Positions 62,399-64,000 of a stretch of DNA of 64,000 bases are shown here, in pieces (the first letter of the stretch is position 1; the number at the start of each line of letters is the position of its first letter). Position numbers and translations under genes: made by a program. The notes under the pieces were generated by a model. The model made no database searches and was not told the DNA's origin. It saw only the letters and a program-made list of their open reading frames with translations. Origin of the DNA: an uncultured Acidobacteriaceae bacterium (GTDB taxonomy: Bacteria > Acidobacteriota > Terriglobia > Terriglobales > Acidobacteriaceae); NCBI GenBank assembly GCA_963750845.1, contig CAVVSP010000010.1, positions 32,932-96,931 on the forward strand, in the 5' to 3' direction.

Positions 62399-63258
62399 AA
62401 TTGATTACGTTCCACCGCAAAACCGGCGCGGCACCGGAGCCGGGCGTGCTGCAAAAGGACACGATCTACCCGCTGACGCCTTTCGGCTATGCGGATGTGG
62501 AGAGCTTTATTGCGGCTGGCGCTGCAGCGCTTCAATCAGCGCAAGCGCTCATCTCCAACAGCGGAATTGGCACCGTGCCCCTGTCCAGCGTTCAATTGCT
62601 TTCCCCACTTCTGCGTCCGCCAAGAATTTTCTGTGTTGGGTTGAACTATCAGGACCACGCCACGGAATCGAAGATGGTGGTGCAGGCGGTCCCGACAATT
62701 TTTATGAAGCTGGCATCGGCCATCACGGGACCGGACAGTGACATCGTGTTGCCCCTTAACAGCTCGCAGCCGGACTATGAAGCGGAACTTGCTGTAGTGA
62801 TCGGCCAGAGCGCCAGAAACGTGACCCGCGATAACTGGCGCGAGTGCGTCTTTGGCTACACGATTCTGAACGACGTCAGCGCGCGCGATGTGCAGCTGGC
62901 AACGTCGCAGTGGACGCTGGGAAAGAGCTTTCCCACGTTTTGCCCCATTGGCCCATGGGTCGTGACCGCCGATGAATTGACCGATCCGCATTCACTGGAT
63001 GTCACGCTGACGATCGGCGGAGAAACGCTGCAGCAGGCGAACACCCGCGACTTGATCTTCGATATCCCGGCCGTTCTTGGTTATATTTCCGCGATCGTCC
63101 GCTTGGAACCCGGAGACATTGTCAGCACAGGCACACCGCAGGGCGTCGGGTTGGGCCGCACTCCGCAGCGGTGGCTGCGTCCGGGAGAAGAGGTCGCTAT
63201 CGAGGTAAGCGGTATTGGGCGGCTCGTGAACCGTACCGTGGCCGCAAGCCGGAACTGA
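62395..63258 (+). CDS. Fumarylacetoacetate hydrolase-family protein (2,4-diketo-3-deoxy-L-fuconate hydrolase-like)
   Basis: CVGLNY..H, DYEAEL, NDVSARD, GKSF..F.P.GP, TGTP.GVG; GTGA overlap with the dehydratase. Confidence 0.92.
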   Translation: MKLITFHRKTGAAPEPGVLQKDTIYPLTPFGYADVESFIAAGAAALQSAQALISNSGIGTVPLSSVQLLSPLLRPPRIFCVGLNYQDHATESKMVVQAVPTIFMKLASAITGPDSDIVLPLNSSQPDYEAELAVVIGQSARNVTRDNWRECVFGYTILNDVSARDVQLATSQWTLGKSFPTFCPIGPWVVTADELTDPHSLDVTLTIGGETLQQANTRDLIFDIPAVLGYISAIVRLEPGDIVSTGTPQGVGLGRTPQRWLRPGEEVAIEVSGIGRLVNRTVAASRN

Positions 63259-63321
63259 ACTGTAGCGCCGCGCCGCCGGGAGTGATCCGCGTTGCCGGAG
63301 AGTTCTTTTGTGTCGATGACG

Positions 63322-63540
63322 CTACTTCTGCGGAAAAGGCTCCGCTTTCATGGAACCATCCCGCTGCTTCAGCAGGATCTGAACTTTGCCTTCCGCTGCG
63401 TCCAGTTCCTCTTTGCACACCGATGAAAGCTGAATGCCTTCTTCAAAGAGCTTGATCGAATCTTCGAGGGGCAGATCACCCTTCTCGAGCTGATTCACTA
63501 TGGATTCGAGCTGCTTGAGCGAGTCTTCAAACTTGGGCAT
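63322..63540 (-). CDS. xseB: Exodeoxyribonuclease VII small subunit
   Basis: FEDSLKQLESIVNQLEKGDLPLEDSIKLFEEG...C...L..AEGKV. Confidence 0.96.
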   Translation of the reverse strand: MPKFEDSLKQLESIVNQLEKGDLPLEDSIKLFEEGIQLSSVCKEELDAAEGKVQILLKQRDGSMKAEPFPQK

Positions 63541-63589
63541 GGGTCTCTGTGCTCGCGCGTCGACGTCCGGAGCAGCTTCCAGTCTAAGC

Positions 63590-64000
63590 CTATTGCGCCG
63601 GCTGCGTGAAGAAGTGGTCGATGAGGTAGTCGCGGAGTTGGATGTTGAAGCGCCGCGTGTTTTGTGTCACATCCGTGGTATCGGTGTTGTATACGACCAG
63701 GTAGCCGCGGCCGGCAGCAGGATCAAAGTTGATCTGGCTGCGGAAGCCGTTCTGCCATCCCGGATGACCAATCAGACGCACACCGCGGTCGGTGTGAATG
63801 AAGAAGCTGGCGGCCACCTCATCCTTCGCCCCGGCTCGCGAAGGAAAGTCATCATCGGGCGGCACGGCCAGAATCGGATGCCACATCTCTTCGAGCGAGC
63901 TGCGTTTGAGGATCCGGTCATACTCAGTCTGATGCGCGGGATCGCCCAGCAGAAAACGCAGGTAGCGCAGCATGTCCGGCAGCGGCCCATTCAGGCCGCC
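63590..64000 (-). CDS. C-terminal part of a probable beta-lactamase-family serine hydrolase (runs off the window)
   Basis: Open frame from the right edge: GGLNGPLPDMLRYL...SSLEEMW...IGHPGWQNGF...VVYN, matching the class C beta-lactamase/esterase tail pattern. The catalytic SxxK motif is not visible. Confidence 0.65.
   Translation of the reverse strand, partial: GGLNGPLPDMLRYLRFLLGDPAHQTEYDRILKRSSLEEMWHPILAVPPDDDFPSRAGAKDEVAASFFIHTDRGVRLIGHPGWQNGFRSQINFDPAAGRGYLVVYNTDTTDVTQNTRRFNIQLRDYLIDHFFTQPAQ

Noticed and set aside
63322-63540. xseB without xseA as an anomaly
   Set aside because: The two genes are often unlinked, and the window ends nearby.

Overview
Bacterial window of roughly 60% GC (estimated by eye). 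Gene content and style suggest Acidobacteriota (Terriglobia); this is inference, not a search result. (1) 1-23132: the 3' part of a hybrid type I PKS-NRPS assembly line, six co-oriented genes. Two elongation-competent PKS modules lack their AT domain, there is no thioesterase, and the last PKS ends in a docking-type tail with no downstream partner. (2) 23.2-32.1 kb: a potassium-uptake locus with kdpFABC, an extra 34-aa membrane peptide, an N-terminally short KdpD, KdpE and an outer-membrane beta-barrel. The barrel shares a KdpE-like direct-repeat box with the kdp operon. (3) 32.3-41.3 kb: a TonB-receptor relic, a phospholipase D, an ABC exporter and a hutU-hutI-hutF-argE-like operon. (4) 41.5-52.9 kb: two GH51 arabinofuranosidases bracketing a response regulator, a TPR protein, an amino-acid permease and hydroxyproline epimerase/dehydrogenase genes. 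(5) 53.0-63.3 kb: a LacI-controlled non-phosphorylative L-fucose pathway that also carries a UxaE-family epimerase. (6) xseB and a partial probable serine hydrolase. About ten single-base indels (nine insertions, one deletion) split otherwise intact genes between 23.3 and 59.3 kb. They look like long-read consensus errors, so those genes are reported joined. I saw no rRNA, tRNA, CRISPR array or transposase.
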